A DNA stretch of 39,495 nt from Macrostomum lignano (GCA_002269645.1 NIVC01004648.1:1-39495), one strand, 5' to 3'. Numbered from the stretch's first letter, positions 23,270 through 34,200 are shown. The notes: generated by a model not told the origin, from the sequence alone. A program made the numbers and translations.

Positions 23270-24560
23270 GTAGGATAGAGGGTTGCGGACTGGAGCAAGG
23301 GAAGGAGTGAGGTGGCTGCAAGATTGAGGGGTTGCAGACTGGGGCAGGGAAGGAGTGAGGTGGCTGCAGGATTGAAGGGTTGCAGACTGGGGCAGGGAAG
23401 GAGTGAGGTGGCTGCAGGATTGAGGGGTTGCGGACTGGGGCAAGGGAAGGAGTGAGGTGGCTGCAGGATTGAGGGGTTGCAGACTGGGGCAGGGAAGGAG
23501 TGAGGTGGCTGCAGGATTGAGGGATTGCGGACTGGGGCAAGGGAAGGAGTGAGGTGGCTGCAGGATTGAGGGGTTGCAGACTGGGGCAGGGAAGGAGTGA
23601 GTGGCTGCAGGATTGAGGGGTTGCGGACTGGGGCAAGGGAAGGAGTGAGGTGGCTGCAGGATTGAAGGGTTGCAGACTGGGGCAGGGAAGGAGTGAGGTG
23701 GCTGCAGGATTGAGGGGTTGCGGACTGGGGCAAGGGAAGGAGTGAGGTGGCTGCAGGATTGAGGGGTTGCAGACTGGGGCAGGGAAGGAGTGAGGTGGCT
23801 GCAGGATTGAGGGATTGCGGACTGGGGCAAGGGAAGGAGTGAGGTGGCTGCAGGATTGAGGGGTTGCAGACTGGGGCAGGGAAGGAGTGAGTGGCTGCAG
23901 GATTGAGGGGTTGCGGACTGGGGCAAGGGAAGGAGTGAGGTGGCTGCAGGATTGAAGGGTTGCAGACTGGGGCAGGGAAGGAGTGAGGTGGCTGCAGGAT
24001 TGAGGGGTTGCAGACTGGGGCAGGGAAGGAGTGAGGTGGCTGCAGGATTGAGGGGTTGCGGACTGGGGCAAGGGAAGGAGTGAGGTGGCTGCAGGATTGA
24101 GGGGTTGCAGACTGGGGCAGGGAAGGAGTGAGGTGGCTGCAGGATTGAGGGGTTGCGGACTGGGGCAAGGGAAGGAGTGAGGTGGCTGCAGGATTGAGGG
24201 GTTGTGGATTGGGCCAAGGGAAGGAGTGAGGTGGCTGCAGGATTGAGGGGTTGCAGACTGGGGCAGGGAAGGAATGAGGTGGCTGCAGGATTGAGGGCTT
24301 GTGGACTGGCCCAAGGGAAGGAGTGAGGTGGCTGCAGGATGGGGTTGCGGACTGGGGTAAGGGAGTGAGGTGTCGGTAAGATTGAGGGGTTGCGGACTGG
24401 GGTAAGGGAAGGAGTGAGGTGGCTGCAGGAGGGGTTGAGGACTGGGGTAAGGGAGTGAGGTGGCTGCAGAATTGGGGGGTTGCGGACTGTGGCAGGGAAG
24501 TTGTGAGGTGTCTGCAGGATTGAGGGGTTGCGGCCTGGGGCAGAGAATGGGGTGGCTGCA
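23270..24560. repeat. 48/49-bp G-rich minisatellite (gggaaggagtgaggtggctgcaggattgaggggttgcagactggggca) with a 290-bp higher-order repeat, epsin intron 1
   Basis: The variant attgaagggt occurs at 23371, 23661 and 23951. It explains the three long repetitive ORFs. Confidence 0.97.
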
Positions 24561-24634
24561 GATTGAACCCAATGCAAGAAAATGTATTACATGACGAATA
24601 GAGAAGAATTTGCAATAAATATTATTATAATTAC

Positions 24635-24975
24635 CTCTCTTCAGAAGGGTACTCAAAGCTTGTCAGCAGCCGAAGTGTAGAGACATTCTCTCGGCACTGC
24701 CAGGCAACCTTCTCGCTGCCAGTCTTCACTAGATACTCCATCAGTACAAGGCCTTTGCAGACATGACGCCAATGCTTGGCTTTGTCTGCTAGGCGCTTCC
24801 ACAGCATGGACATGATCTCAGAAAATGCTTGACTATTATAAGTCATATCTGATATTTCTGACATGAGAGCACCAGAGGGACCCCAAGGGTCATTTGAGGT
24901 GGCTTTGCGCACCTTCACCTGGGCATCAGAGTAGTTATGCACAACATTCTTTAGGTTGCGTCGCAGGGTAGTCAT
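24635..24975 (-). CDS. EPN: Epsin, coding exon 1 (ENTH domain); join(24975..24635,23189..22844,21567..21393,16939..16866), 311 aa
   Basis: MTTLRRNLKNVVHNYSDAQVKVRKATSNDPWGPSG...WKRL...HWRHVCKGL.LMEYLVKTGSE is a canonical ENTH with helix 0. Donor AG|GTAATT after 24635, phase 2. The four exons sum to 936 nt = 311 codons plus stop. Confidence 0.93.
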
Positions 24976-25432
24976 AGCATTTATTTTACTATGTCCACTA
25001 ATCACTTATACTAAAAATGTGAAGACATCAATGAAGTTAGTATGAAATATATTGATTCACTTTGGTTTCATTATCTTCATAAAAGTTTAAATATTAGAGA
25101 TTTTTTATGCAGGACTTTAATATCTTTCAAAAAAGTACTGCTTAAAACATTGCTACTATTGAAATTAAAGGATATTTCTATGAATAGAGGATATCTAACA
25201 AGTTTATAGATATTATAGTTATTTAACATGTAGGTATATCTAGAGAGCAAATAAAAACTATTATATAAAGTACAAAATATAAAATAAATTTAAAACAAAG
25301 CTATATAAAATTTGATAATACAAGTGTTCAAAAAATTGACTATGTTTTATTCTAATAATGCTGGTAGAGTCGCTCGCTTGGCGAGAAGAATACATAGAAA
25401 GCTTAATATCAACATTTGAATATGATTGCAAT

Positions 25433-25490
25433 TTCTAACAACTTCAACGCGTTTCGCACGCCATGGTGCATCATCAGGATTTTATTAGAA
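25433..25490 (-). ncRNA. Second copy of the same hammerhead motif, inverted (core CTGATGA)
   Basis: Reverse complement is identical to 25981-26038 except CTGATGA versus CTGACGA. Confidence 0.75.
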
Positions 25491-25980
25491 CGATTTGAGA
25501 AATTGAGATTGAAAGCAATTGATTAAATATTGGTTTTTGCAATGTACACAGGTAAGGAGGGTAAGATTGAAAACAATTGATTACAACTTGGCTTTAACAA
25601 CATACATAGGTAAAGTAGGTAGGAGAGAGAATTATAGATTGAGATTGAAAGTTAAACCAAATGTACACAATTCTTGTCCAGTGGTCAAAAGGCAGAATCA
25701 GGGGCGGTAGCTAGCTTAAGTAATTGAACATCAAGCTAAGTGTACACAGCGTGCACAACTGTGTCACTCACTGTTCAGAAAACGCGGAGAACGTGACCTG
25801 CACCACTATGTTGTAATTGGGTGTTGAGATTTGGGGTCTGAGCTTTCGGGTCCGAATATACCTATGTATGTTGTTAAAGCCAAGTTGTAATCAATTGTTT
25901 TCAGTCTTACCCTCCTTACCTGTGTACGTTGCAAAAACCAATATTTAATCAATCGCTTTCAATCTCAATTTCTCAAATCG

Positions 25981-26038
25981 TTCTAATAAAATCCTGACGA
26001 TGCACCATGGCGTGCGAAACGCGTTGAAGTTGTTAGAA
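25981..26038 (+). ncRNA. Minimal type I hammerhead ribozyme motif (Penelope-like-element type)
   Basis: ttctaataaaatc-CTGACGA-t-GCAC catggc GTGC-GAAAC-GCGT-T-gaagttgttagaa. Conserved core; 4-bp stem II; palindromic ACGCGT stem III; GUU triplet; stem I with 2+9 bp around a 2x2 mismatch. Confidence 0.75.
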
Positions 26039-26958
26039 ATTGCAATCATATTCAAATGTTGATATTAAGCTTTCTATTTATTCTAATAATAACTTTGTCA
26101 TTAAAATATTCTAGATTTAAAAAAATATTAGTTGGCTATACTATTGTTAATAAAGAATAATATTGAACCATTATTTAAACAGTTTATTTATAGCCCTCTA
26201 AACTCATCCCTAGTTAGGTCTAATGATTGATAGTACATTATTTTCTTAGCCTTATTTCTAATTTAAATAACTTATCTAAACTAACCAAAATATAAAGTAA
26301 AAAGGACATTGCATTGCTAAGTAAGAAAATATAAACCTAACAAATTAAATTATTTTTTAGATAAGTAAAAGTACTAATACAATTAGTAGTAGCTTAGGTG
26401 AGAGGCAAAAGAGGCTATAGCCCCTAAATGACTATTGTTCAAAGCTTTCCTAGGGATGACTATTATATCTTCTAGTATTAGCATTTTTGGGAAATTTTAG
26501 CATAATGTTGTTCTAATTCTAAAAATTTGCTAGGGGGTGACCACCTAATAAATATCCCCCTTCCTAATTAAAGGTACTGCATTATCATTAAATATATAAA
26601 TTCCCATTTAAAAATACTGATCAAATAATTAAGTTTAATTAGATACCTAAGTATGCCAATGCTTTAGACTTAGTGTCTATAGCAAAATAAAAGAGAACTA
26701 TTTAATACAACTTGACCCTTGCTTATAATAGGATTTAGAATATTTAGGGCTCAAGTAATATAGGTGTAGGTAGGCGTGTAGCTTGCTTGGAAAATAGTAA
26801 ATAAATAAAAGTAATAATAATTAACATAAAGAAAAGAACTATATTAAGGTTTCCATTGCCTATCTATTTTGTCCACAATTTTTATAATAGATAAAATGCA
26901 TTAGCATTTGGCATGGTTGGGTATCTAATAAAATTCAATTAAATATTAAACTCAAATT

Positions 26959-27747
26959 GGCTCATTCCATATAAGATGGACATATTTGGAAAATAGAAAA
27001 AAGTCAATATTTTTGCTTGCCACTGCCTGATTAGCCAATTTTTTTACCAAATGTTTTTTATGTGTAACATCTATAATCTAAGAATAAATGAATGATAAAA
27101 TGTTAGATTAGTATGTTATCAAGTGGCAAAAGGTAATTTTTGTAAAAAATTGGACAGTTTTTTAAGCAAAAGACATCATTAAGTTTGTGAACCTTTTAAA
27201 AACAAATAGAAAGCTTTGGAAGGTTGAAACAAACTATAGATAAAAGTATAGTACTTGCATCATCAGATAAAAGTATTGATGAACAAATAATCAATTATAT
27301 TTTTAATATATTGGTACCTCTAAGTTACTGAATTGACAGAACAAAATATGTTACGACCAGAATGTTACGACCATAAGGCTGCCTTTTCTTTTGTATCTTT
27401 GTTGCCTTTTTGAGTTTATATATTCTACAAAAAGAGTATGATTTCTGAAGATGTTCTTAGTCGAATTTTAAAAAATTTATTGCAAAATATCAAAAATGAA
27501 AAATGTTATTAAGACTTTTACCTTTTAGTTTCTATCTGTCAAAAATCCTGTCGTTACGACCAGAAGTGCCATTCAAGGTTTAATAGCATCTATATTAATG
27601 ATGATATCTACATGAAACTCTATAAAAATATTCTTGACAAAAAAATCTTTCATTTAAAATATTGGTTTAGTGTATTCTATTATTAGATTTCATTTTATAA
27701 GTAAAAATAGCCTGTCATGTTACGACCATAATTATATGGAATTGCCC
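26959..27747. mobile_element. Possible non-autonomous DNA transposon (MITE-like) with imperfect TIRs and AATT flanks
   Basis: Left end ggctcATTCCATATAAgATGG versus right-end reverse complement gggcaATTCCATATAAttATGG. AATT at 26955-26958 and 27748-27751. Four internal gttacgacca motifs. Confidence 0.4.
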
Positions 27748-28775
27748 AATTGGTATTAAAACTTAATTATTTTAAATATTCAGCCTAATTAAAAATAGGC
27801 ATAACAGCATTAGCAAAACACTATAAACAATACATAGACATATGATACTCTATAGTCTATAGAATACTATACTTATACTATTCATACACATTATTTTAAT
27901 AAATTAAATAGCTTGATAGAATTTAATCTATCAGTATTGCCTATATTTTTTCCAAGATAACACCAATAAGAATAATCAATATATTTACTTGCAATTGCAT
28001 ATTTCATTATACTTGCCTCTGATATCTGACACCCCATGGGGCAGTAAAACTCCCTAGTAAAATTTACCCTCCATCTGTCAGCCAAAAAGGCTACACAGTC
28101 CCCTAAAACCCTACCAGTCCCTAAAATACATGGACTGAATACATGAACACCTCTGGATACACAATCACCCCAGGTAAGACTTTGGCACCCCCAAAATGAA
28201 AACCTGGATATAACGGTGATATTTTCAGGAAACACCTAGATAGTCTAAGCTACAATTAATATATGCCTATGGCTCTCCTTGTACTTTTCAAGCCTCCGCC
28301 AGTATTTATAAGCGTATAAAAGTTCAAAGTAATAGGCAATAGCATATAGTTAGGTTATGGCAAAATAGTAAAATAAAGTTTTGGTTGGGATAAATGCAAC
28401 TGTGAAAAAAAACAATTGAATAAAAATTCTGATGACAAAAAAAATAAGAATGTTCGATCAGTTAAACTTCTGAAAATTTTAGTCACGCGGGACTCAGCTG
28501 AGTAAAGCGAATGCATTACTGCGTGAATGAAATATGAACTATATTTAGCATTAAAACAGCCTTTTCCTTCAAGCTTCGCTTAGCTTTGTCGATAGTTTTT
28601 ATTTTTCTTTAATTTTATGAGAATGAAATTGTTATATCGTTTGACTTCTAACCAACCAACGACGACTCTAAAAGTTTTAATTTGCAATAGTTTGAATAAT
28701 TTTTTAACTGTAACTTATTCAAACAATTGAAACTTGTTCATCATAAGTCTTGATACAATCTTCCATCCTGTCTAG

Positions 28776-28796
28776 CGAGAATGGAATCACAAACAG
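28776..28796 (+). CDS. Candidate first (micro)exon of the death-fold gene: ATG at 28781, MESQT(E)
   Basis: Acceptor-like cctgtctag| at 28775, then ATG GAA TCA CAA ACA G|GTAC. This gives the phase-1 junction needed by the exon at 29314. The donor is weak and the assignment tentative. Confidence 0.35.
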
Positions 28797-29313
28797 GTAC
28801 ACGTACGTCTTTTTATCCACAAATCGAATCTATATTACTTGATTATTTAACCATTTGGAAGCCAAAGGGCTGCACTGCAGGCCATACCAAAACGGCCCAA
28901 AAGCCCAGAGATTCAAAAATATCTATAGCATCAAAAACCATATCCCCAGTCACTAACGCAACTGCCCAGAATGGCCACTGTATGACCCAGTATGCAGGCC
29001 ATGACTAATTTAAAGAAGTGGGCACCAAGTGGTTAAGGTCTAATGATTTCTTACAAAACTTAAGCAAGAAGTGCCTATTCCTTCAGAGTCGTAATCACCA
29101 TTTTATACCGGGCCGGGTTGGGGGTCGAATTGGCCGATTGGGTCACATACGTCATTGGAGGGGTTACACATAGGGCTTGTGAGACAAAATTGGTTGCGCA
29201 GTGTAATTTTTGCTTAGTGGGAATTGTGGAATCCCTGGAATGTAAATGATTTACAGATCAAGTAGCCCTGTGTATTTCAACAGGGTCTGAAAATTGAAAC
29301 TTCTCTTTTTCAG

Positions 29314-29484
29314 AACAACCGGAGGAGCAAAAGGAAGCCCGCGTGCTGACAGAAACAAGCCTACTCAATCTTGGCAAAGCTGTGAAGCAAGGTGACATGA
29401 AGTTGTACATGCTGCTCAATATTCCCACTGTAGAGATCGTCCGTCAGAAGGTTCGAAACGAGGAATTGAAGATGCCAGAGTACG
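29314..29484 (+). CDS. Small death-domain (death-fold)-like protein, penultimate exon
   Basis: Acceptor ctctttttcag|. Open frame QPEEQKEARVLTETSLLNLGKAVKQGDMKLYMLLNIPTVEIVRQKVRNEELKMPEY. Donor G|GTGAGT, phase 1. Not in the ORF track. Confidence 0.75.
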
Positions 29485-29583
29485 GTGAGTAAAAAAGCGA
29501 GATAATAAAAACACAGATTCCAGATTAAACTACATTTTGTAGCCAATACTTATTAAAACAATAATTGTTGTGAAACTACACAG

Positions 29584-29765
29584 GAGCCGCTCAAAAGCTT
29601 CTACTCTATTGGAAGAAGATGCGCAAGGGCGCAAAAGAGAATGACATCATCCGGGACCTGGACAATGCTCTGCGGGAGTCCGGCCAGGAAGAAATTGCCG
29701 ACATTGTCAGCGATAGAAACAGAATCGATCAGGAGATCGTACCCGAGCTGTTCGTATCTGCTTGA
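29584..29765 (+). CDS. Small death-domain (death-fold)-like protein, last exon
   Basis: Acceptor ctacacag|, phase 1. Reads GAAQKLLLYWKKMRKGAKENDIIRDLDNALRESGQEEIADIVSDRNRIDQEIVPELFVSA*. The LL..W ... L..AL...G...IAD.V pattern is typical of death-domain helices 4-6. Confidence 0.75.
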
Positions 29766-30316
29766 GCTCCCTTTCAGTCTTCGATTTTGTGCCAGAAAAC
29801 GACAATTCACCATTTTTATGATCAACTAAACTAACAAAGTTGTTTTTGCTAAGCGGACGACATGATGTGTGGCCTGCTTTAATTCGATTTTGGCTCGATT
29901 CAGGCATAAAAAATTCATTCAGCCAAAAATCGAAATTCGATCCCAACAGCCACCAGAGGCGCAGCTTTAGTACTAAGCTAACTAGTATATGCAAATCGAA
30001 TCTTTATGAGGCTTGTAAAGTTATATTCGAGCAGCCAACAACGTTTTTTATAACTGAATTCCATTCCAGACTCGTACTTTTTGCTGGCGTGATATTATTG
30101 CTAGTATTAATTTCTAAGGTGCTACCGCCAACCCACTTTATTGGTTTCTATTGTAGTAGAGCCTTGCGGAAGATCTTTATGCCAGTATGACGCTGAAACA
30201 ATCTACACACTTGTCCAAAATATATTGAATAATTTATTGCTCGTTCATTCTTTCAAGGAAAATTTTTTTTGCTCGTAGTTCGTAGTTCCTGATGAAGTAT
30301 ATTAATTCTGGAAATT

Positions 30317-30759
30317 TTATTTAAAATTCAGCGCCCTGCTGGGCACGCTCTGATAAATAACGCTTATCGCCACACCGCTGATGGCCAAGAACAGCCAGAA
30401 CAGAATTCTGTCAGCCGATCTGGCCAGAGCAACCCACGCTTCTGGGCTGCTGCACAGGCAGCTGCTCAATTCTTCCTTATGCAGTCCTCCTCGCGGCTTG
30501 CCTCTGGCAACGCTATCCCCAGCCATCTCTGCTTCATCGCTGCCCAGTTCTCTAACAACTGCCGGCTGTTGCTCCTTGCGTCTTGGGCGTCGCCGGTAGC
30601 GACAGCTTTGCTGACAGTGAAATCTGGACACGTAGCGGCGGAGACAGTCGGGCACTCGACCAGTTGAGCGGGTGAACTTTCTCACGTGAATATTGGTCAC
30701 TGCGACGGCCATCAGGAGAGCCAGAGATACCATTAGCATTGTGGAGCCGAAGAGTAGAC
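30317..30759 (-). CDS. nAChR alpha subunit, last exon (M3, short intracellular loop, M4)
   Basis: caaacag|, phase 1. Reads GLLFGSTMLMVSLALLMAVAVTNIHVR (M3)...EAWVALARSADRILFWLFLAISGVAISVIY (M4). Stop TAA at 30319-30317. AATAAA on the minus strand at 30238-30233. The four visible exons total 1140 nt, in frame. Confidence 0.9.
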
Positions 30760-30924
30760 CTGTTTGAAGTGCAGGGTGTACTTTGTTATTTTATTTGTTA
30801 GCATGCCAGAGGTCGGCAGACTCCAGCCCACTGGCCACATGCAGCCCGCAAAGCCTCTCTATCCGGCCCTCGGGTCCCTTGAAACTTCACAATAGCAATC
30901 CGGCCCGCTCAAGGTTTGTTGAGC

Positions 30925-32457
30925 TCTTTTCAGCTCTCTTCTCTCAGCTCTCTTCTCTCAGCTCTCTTCTCTCCTCTCTCCCCTCTCCCTATCCTCTCTT
31001 CCCCTCTCCTCTCTTCTCTCTTTTGTCCCCTGTCATCTCTTCTCTCCACTCTCCCCTCTCCTCTCTTTTTTCTCCTATCTTCTCGCTTCTCTTCTCTCCT
31101 CTCTCCCCTCTCCTCTCCCCGTCTCATCTCTTCTATCTTCTCTTCTCTCCTCTCTCCACTCTCCTCTCTCCTCTCTCCCTCTCCTCTCCCCCTCTCATCT
31201 CTTCTCTCTTCTCTTCTCTCCTCTCTCCCTTCTCCTCTCCCCGTCTCATCTCTTCTATCTTCTCTTCTCTCCTCTCTCCACTCTCCTCTCTCCACTCTCC
31301 CCTCTCCTCTCTTTTCTCTCCTATCTTCTCTCTTTTCTTCTCTCCTCTCTCCCTCTCCTCTCCCCCTCTCATCTCTTCTCTCTTCTCTTCTCTCCTCTCT
31401 CCCTTCTCCTCTCCCCGTCTCATCTCTTCTATCTTCTCTTCTCTCCTCTCTCCACTCTCCTCTCTCCACTCTCCCCTCTCCTCTCTTCTCTTCTCTCCTC
31501 TCTCCCCTCTCCTCTCCCCGTCTCATCTCTTCTATCTTCTCTTCTCTCCTCTCTCCACTCTCCTCTCTCCACTCTCCCCTCTCCTCTCTTTTCTCTCCTA
31601 TCTTCTCTCTTTTCTTCTCTCCTCTCTCCCCTCTCCTCTCCCCCTCTCATCTCTTCTCTCTTCTCTTCTCTCCTCTCTCCCTTCTCCTCTCCCCGTCTCA
31701 TCTCTTCTATCTTCTCTTCTCTCCTCTCTCCCCTCTCCTCTCCCCCCTCTCATCTCTTCTCTCTTCTCTTCTCTCCTCTCTCCCTTCTCCTCTCCCCGTC
31801 TCATCTCTTCTATCTTCTCTTCTCTCCTCTCTCCACTCTCCTCTCTTTTCTCTCCTCTCTTCTATCTTCTCTTCTCTCCTCTCTCCCCTCTCCTCTCCCC
31901 CCTCTCATCTCTTCTATCTTCTCTTCTCTCCTCGCTCCCTCTCCTCTCTCCACTCTCCCCTCCTCTCTTTTCTCTCATCTCTTCTCTCTTCTCTTCTCTC
32001 CTCTCTCCCCTCTCCTCTCCCCCCTCTCATCTCTTCTATCTTCTCTTCTCTCCTCTCTCCACTCTCCTCTCTCCACTCTCCCCTCTCCTCTCTTTTCTCT
32101 CCTATCTTCTCTCTTTTCTTCTCTCCTCTCTCCCCTCTCCTCTCCCCCTCTCATCTCTTCTCTCTTCTCTTCTCTCCTCTCTCCCTACTCCTCTCCCCGT
32201 CTCATCTCTTCTATCTTCTCTTCTCTCCTCTCTCCCCTCTCCTCTCCCCCTCTCATCTCTTCTCTCTTCTCTTCTCTCCTCTCTCCCTTCTCCTCTCCCC
32301 GTCTCATCTCTTCTATCTTCTCTTCTCTCCTCTCTCCACTCTCCTCTCTCCACTCTCCCCTCTCCTCTCTTTTCTCTCCTATCTTCTCTCTTCTCTTCTC
32401 TCCTCTCTCCCTCTCCTCTCTTTTCTCTCATCTCTTCTCTCTTCTCTCCCCTCTCCA
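30925..32457. repeat. About 1.5-kb polypyrimidine (CT-rich) compound satellite in the last nAChR intron
   Basis: Almost only C/T on the plus strand, built from ctctc/cttct/catct modules in recurring longer blocks. Confidence 0.97.
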
Positions 32458-32979
32458 GAGATCAGAGCTTCTAGCCAAACACAGCAAAGTGAGATATTGA
32501 GAAATAATCATGCATGTATTCTAAGAAAATAAATTGAATTATTATAAATCTCGTACTGTAAACAAAGATTATTATTCAAACCATAGTCAGTATAGTTGAA
32601 CGGGCTGCAATTTCTTTTTCAGAGTTCTTCTATAGGCCAACAAGTAGCCAGTGTGTAGTCAAGCCCGTCTTGATAACTATGAGTAGTAGTGCTCAGTCGT
32701 TGCTTCGCTCCAAGGAGTTTTTGCATCAATGCTGAGCTACTTCGAATACTCAGGTGAGAAGCTGGGGGACATGGCAATTTGCTTCGAGCTGTACCGTTTT
32801 TGGCTCAAGTATTGCATTTTTAAAGAGTTTCCATTACCATTTTTGATACGCTTAATAAACATCACAGTCGATATTCATTGTAATGATATCACTACTCAAA
32901 TACTTCAACGCCAATTCTAGTTTCCAAGTCCTAATCAGTCCCAAACCGTCTGAAACCATCCTAAAAATCCCTAAAAAGC

Positions 32980-34200
32980 ATTCAAATCCCATCCTAATCC
33001 CAAATATCTAGATCCCATCCTAGACATAAAAATCCCATCCTGAATATCCAGATCCCATCCTAAATATCCAGATCCCATTCTAAGCATCCAGATCCCATCC
33101 TAAATATCCAGATCCCATCCTAAGCATCCAGATCCCATCCTAGGCATTCAGATCCCATCCTAAGCATCCAGATCCCATCCTAAATATCCAGATCCCATCC
33201 TAAACATTCAACTCCCATCCTAGGCATTCAGATCCCACCCTAAGCATGTAGATCCCATCCTAAGCATTCAGATCCCATCCTAAACAGTTAGATCCAATCC
33301 TAAACAGTTAGATCCCACCCTAAATATTCTAATACCATCCTAAATATCCAGATCCCATCCTAAACATACAAATCCCATCCTAAGCATCCAGATCCCATCC
33401 CAAGCATTCAACTCCCATCCTAGGCATTCAGATCCCACCCTAAGCATGCAGATCCCATCCTAAGCATTCAGATCCCATCCTAAACAGTTAGATCCAATCC
33501 TAAACAGTTAGATCCCACCCTAAATATTCTAATACCATCCTAAATATCCAGATCCCATCCTAAACATACAAATCCCATCCTAAGCATCCAGATCCCATCC
33601 CAAGCATTCAACTCCCATCCTAGGCATTCAGATCCCACCCTAAGCATGCAGATCCCATCCTAAGCATTCAGATCCCATCCTAAACAGTTAGATCCAATCC
33701 TAAACAGTTAGATCCCACCCTAAATATTCTAATACCATCCTAAATATCCAGATCCCATCCTAAACATACAAATCCCATCCTAAGCATCCAGATCCCATCC
33801 CAAGCATTCAACTCCCATCCTAGGCATTCGGATCCCATCCTAAACAGTTAGATCCCATCCTAAACAGTTAGATCCCATCCTAAACAGTTAGATCCCATCC
33901 TAAACAGTTAGATCCCATCCTAAACAGTTAGATCCCATCCTAAACAGTTAGATCCCATCCTAAACAGTTAGATCCCATCCTAAACAGTTAGATCCCATCC
34001 TAAACAGTTAGATCCCATCCTAAACAGTTAGATCCCACCCTAAATATTCTAATACTATCCTAAATATCCAGATCCCATCCTAAATATCCAAATCTCACCC
34101 TAAACATCCAAATCCCATCATTAGCATCAAATCCCATCCTAAACATCCAAATCCCCTTGAAAATATCCAAACACATCCTTAAGCATTTAAATCCCATTCT
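32980..34200. repeat. 20-bp minisatellite (gatcccatcctaaacagtta) with a 200-bp higher-order repeat
   Basis: The variant taaatattctaatacc occurs at 33321, 33521 and 33721. A homogeneous run lies at 33840-34040. Confidence 0.96.

Larger units (their letters stand above)
25387..26084. mobile_element. Non-autonomous Penelope-like retroelement remnant: inverted 226-bp arms (25387-25612 / 25859-26084) around a 246-bp spacer
   Basis: Arms aligned by eye with 5 mismatches in 226 bp. Each arm carries a hammerhead. A 14-bp direct repeat tttattctaataat occurs at 25346-25359 and 26077-26090. No ORF. The family call is inference. Confidence 0.6.

Noticed and set aside
22733-24656. 614/488/451-aa Pro/Ser-rich ORFs
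   Set aside because: Intron 1 minisatellite read-through. Only 23189-22844 is a real exon.
30783-32532. 563- and 538-aa Leu/Ser ORFs and Arg/Glu ORFs
   Set aside because: Translations of the CT-rich satellite.
32623-32753. Plus-strand exon-like segment with a good acceptor and donor inside the receptor intron
   Set aside because: Stops in all three frames and no partner exons. At most a non-coding antisense exon, which cannot be supported without RNA data.
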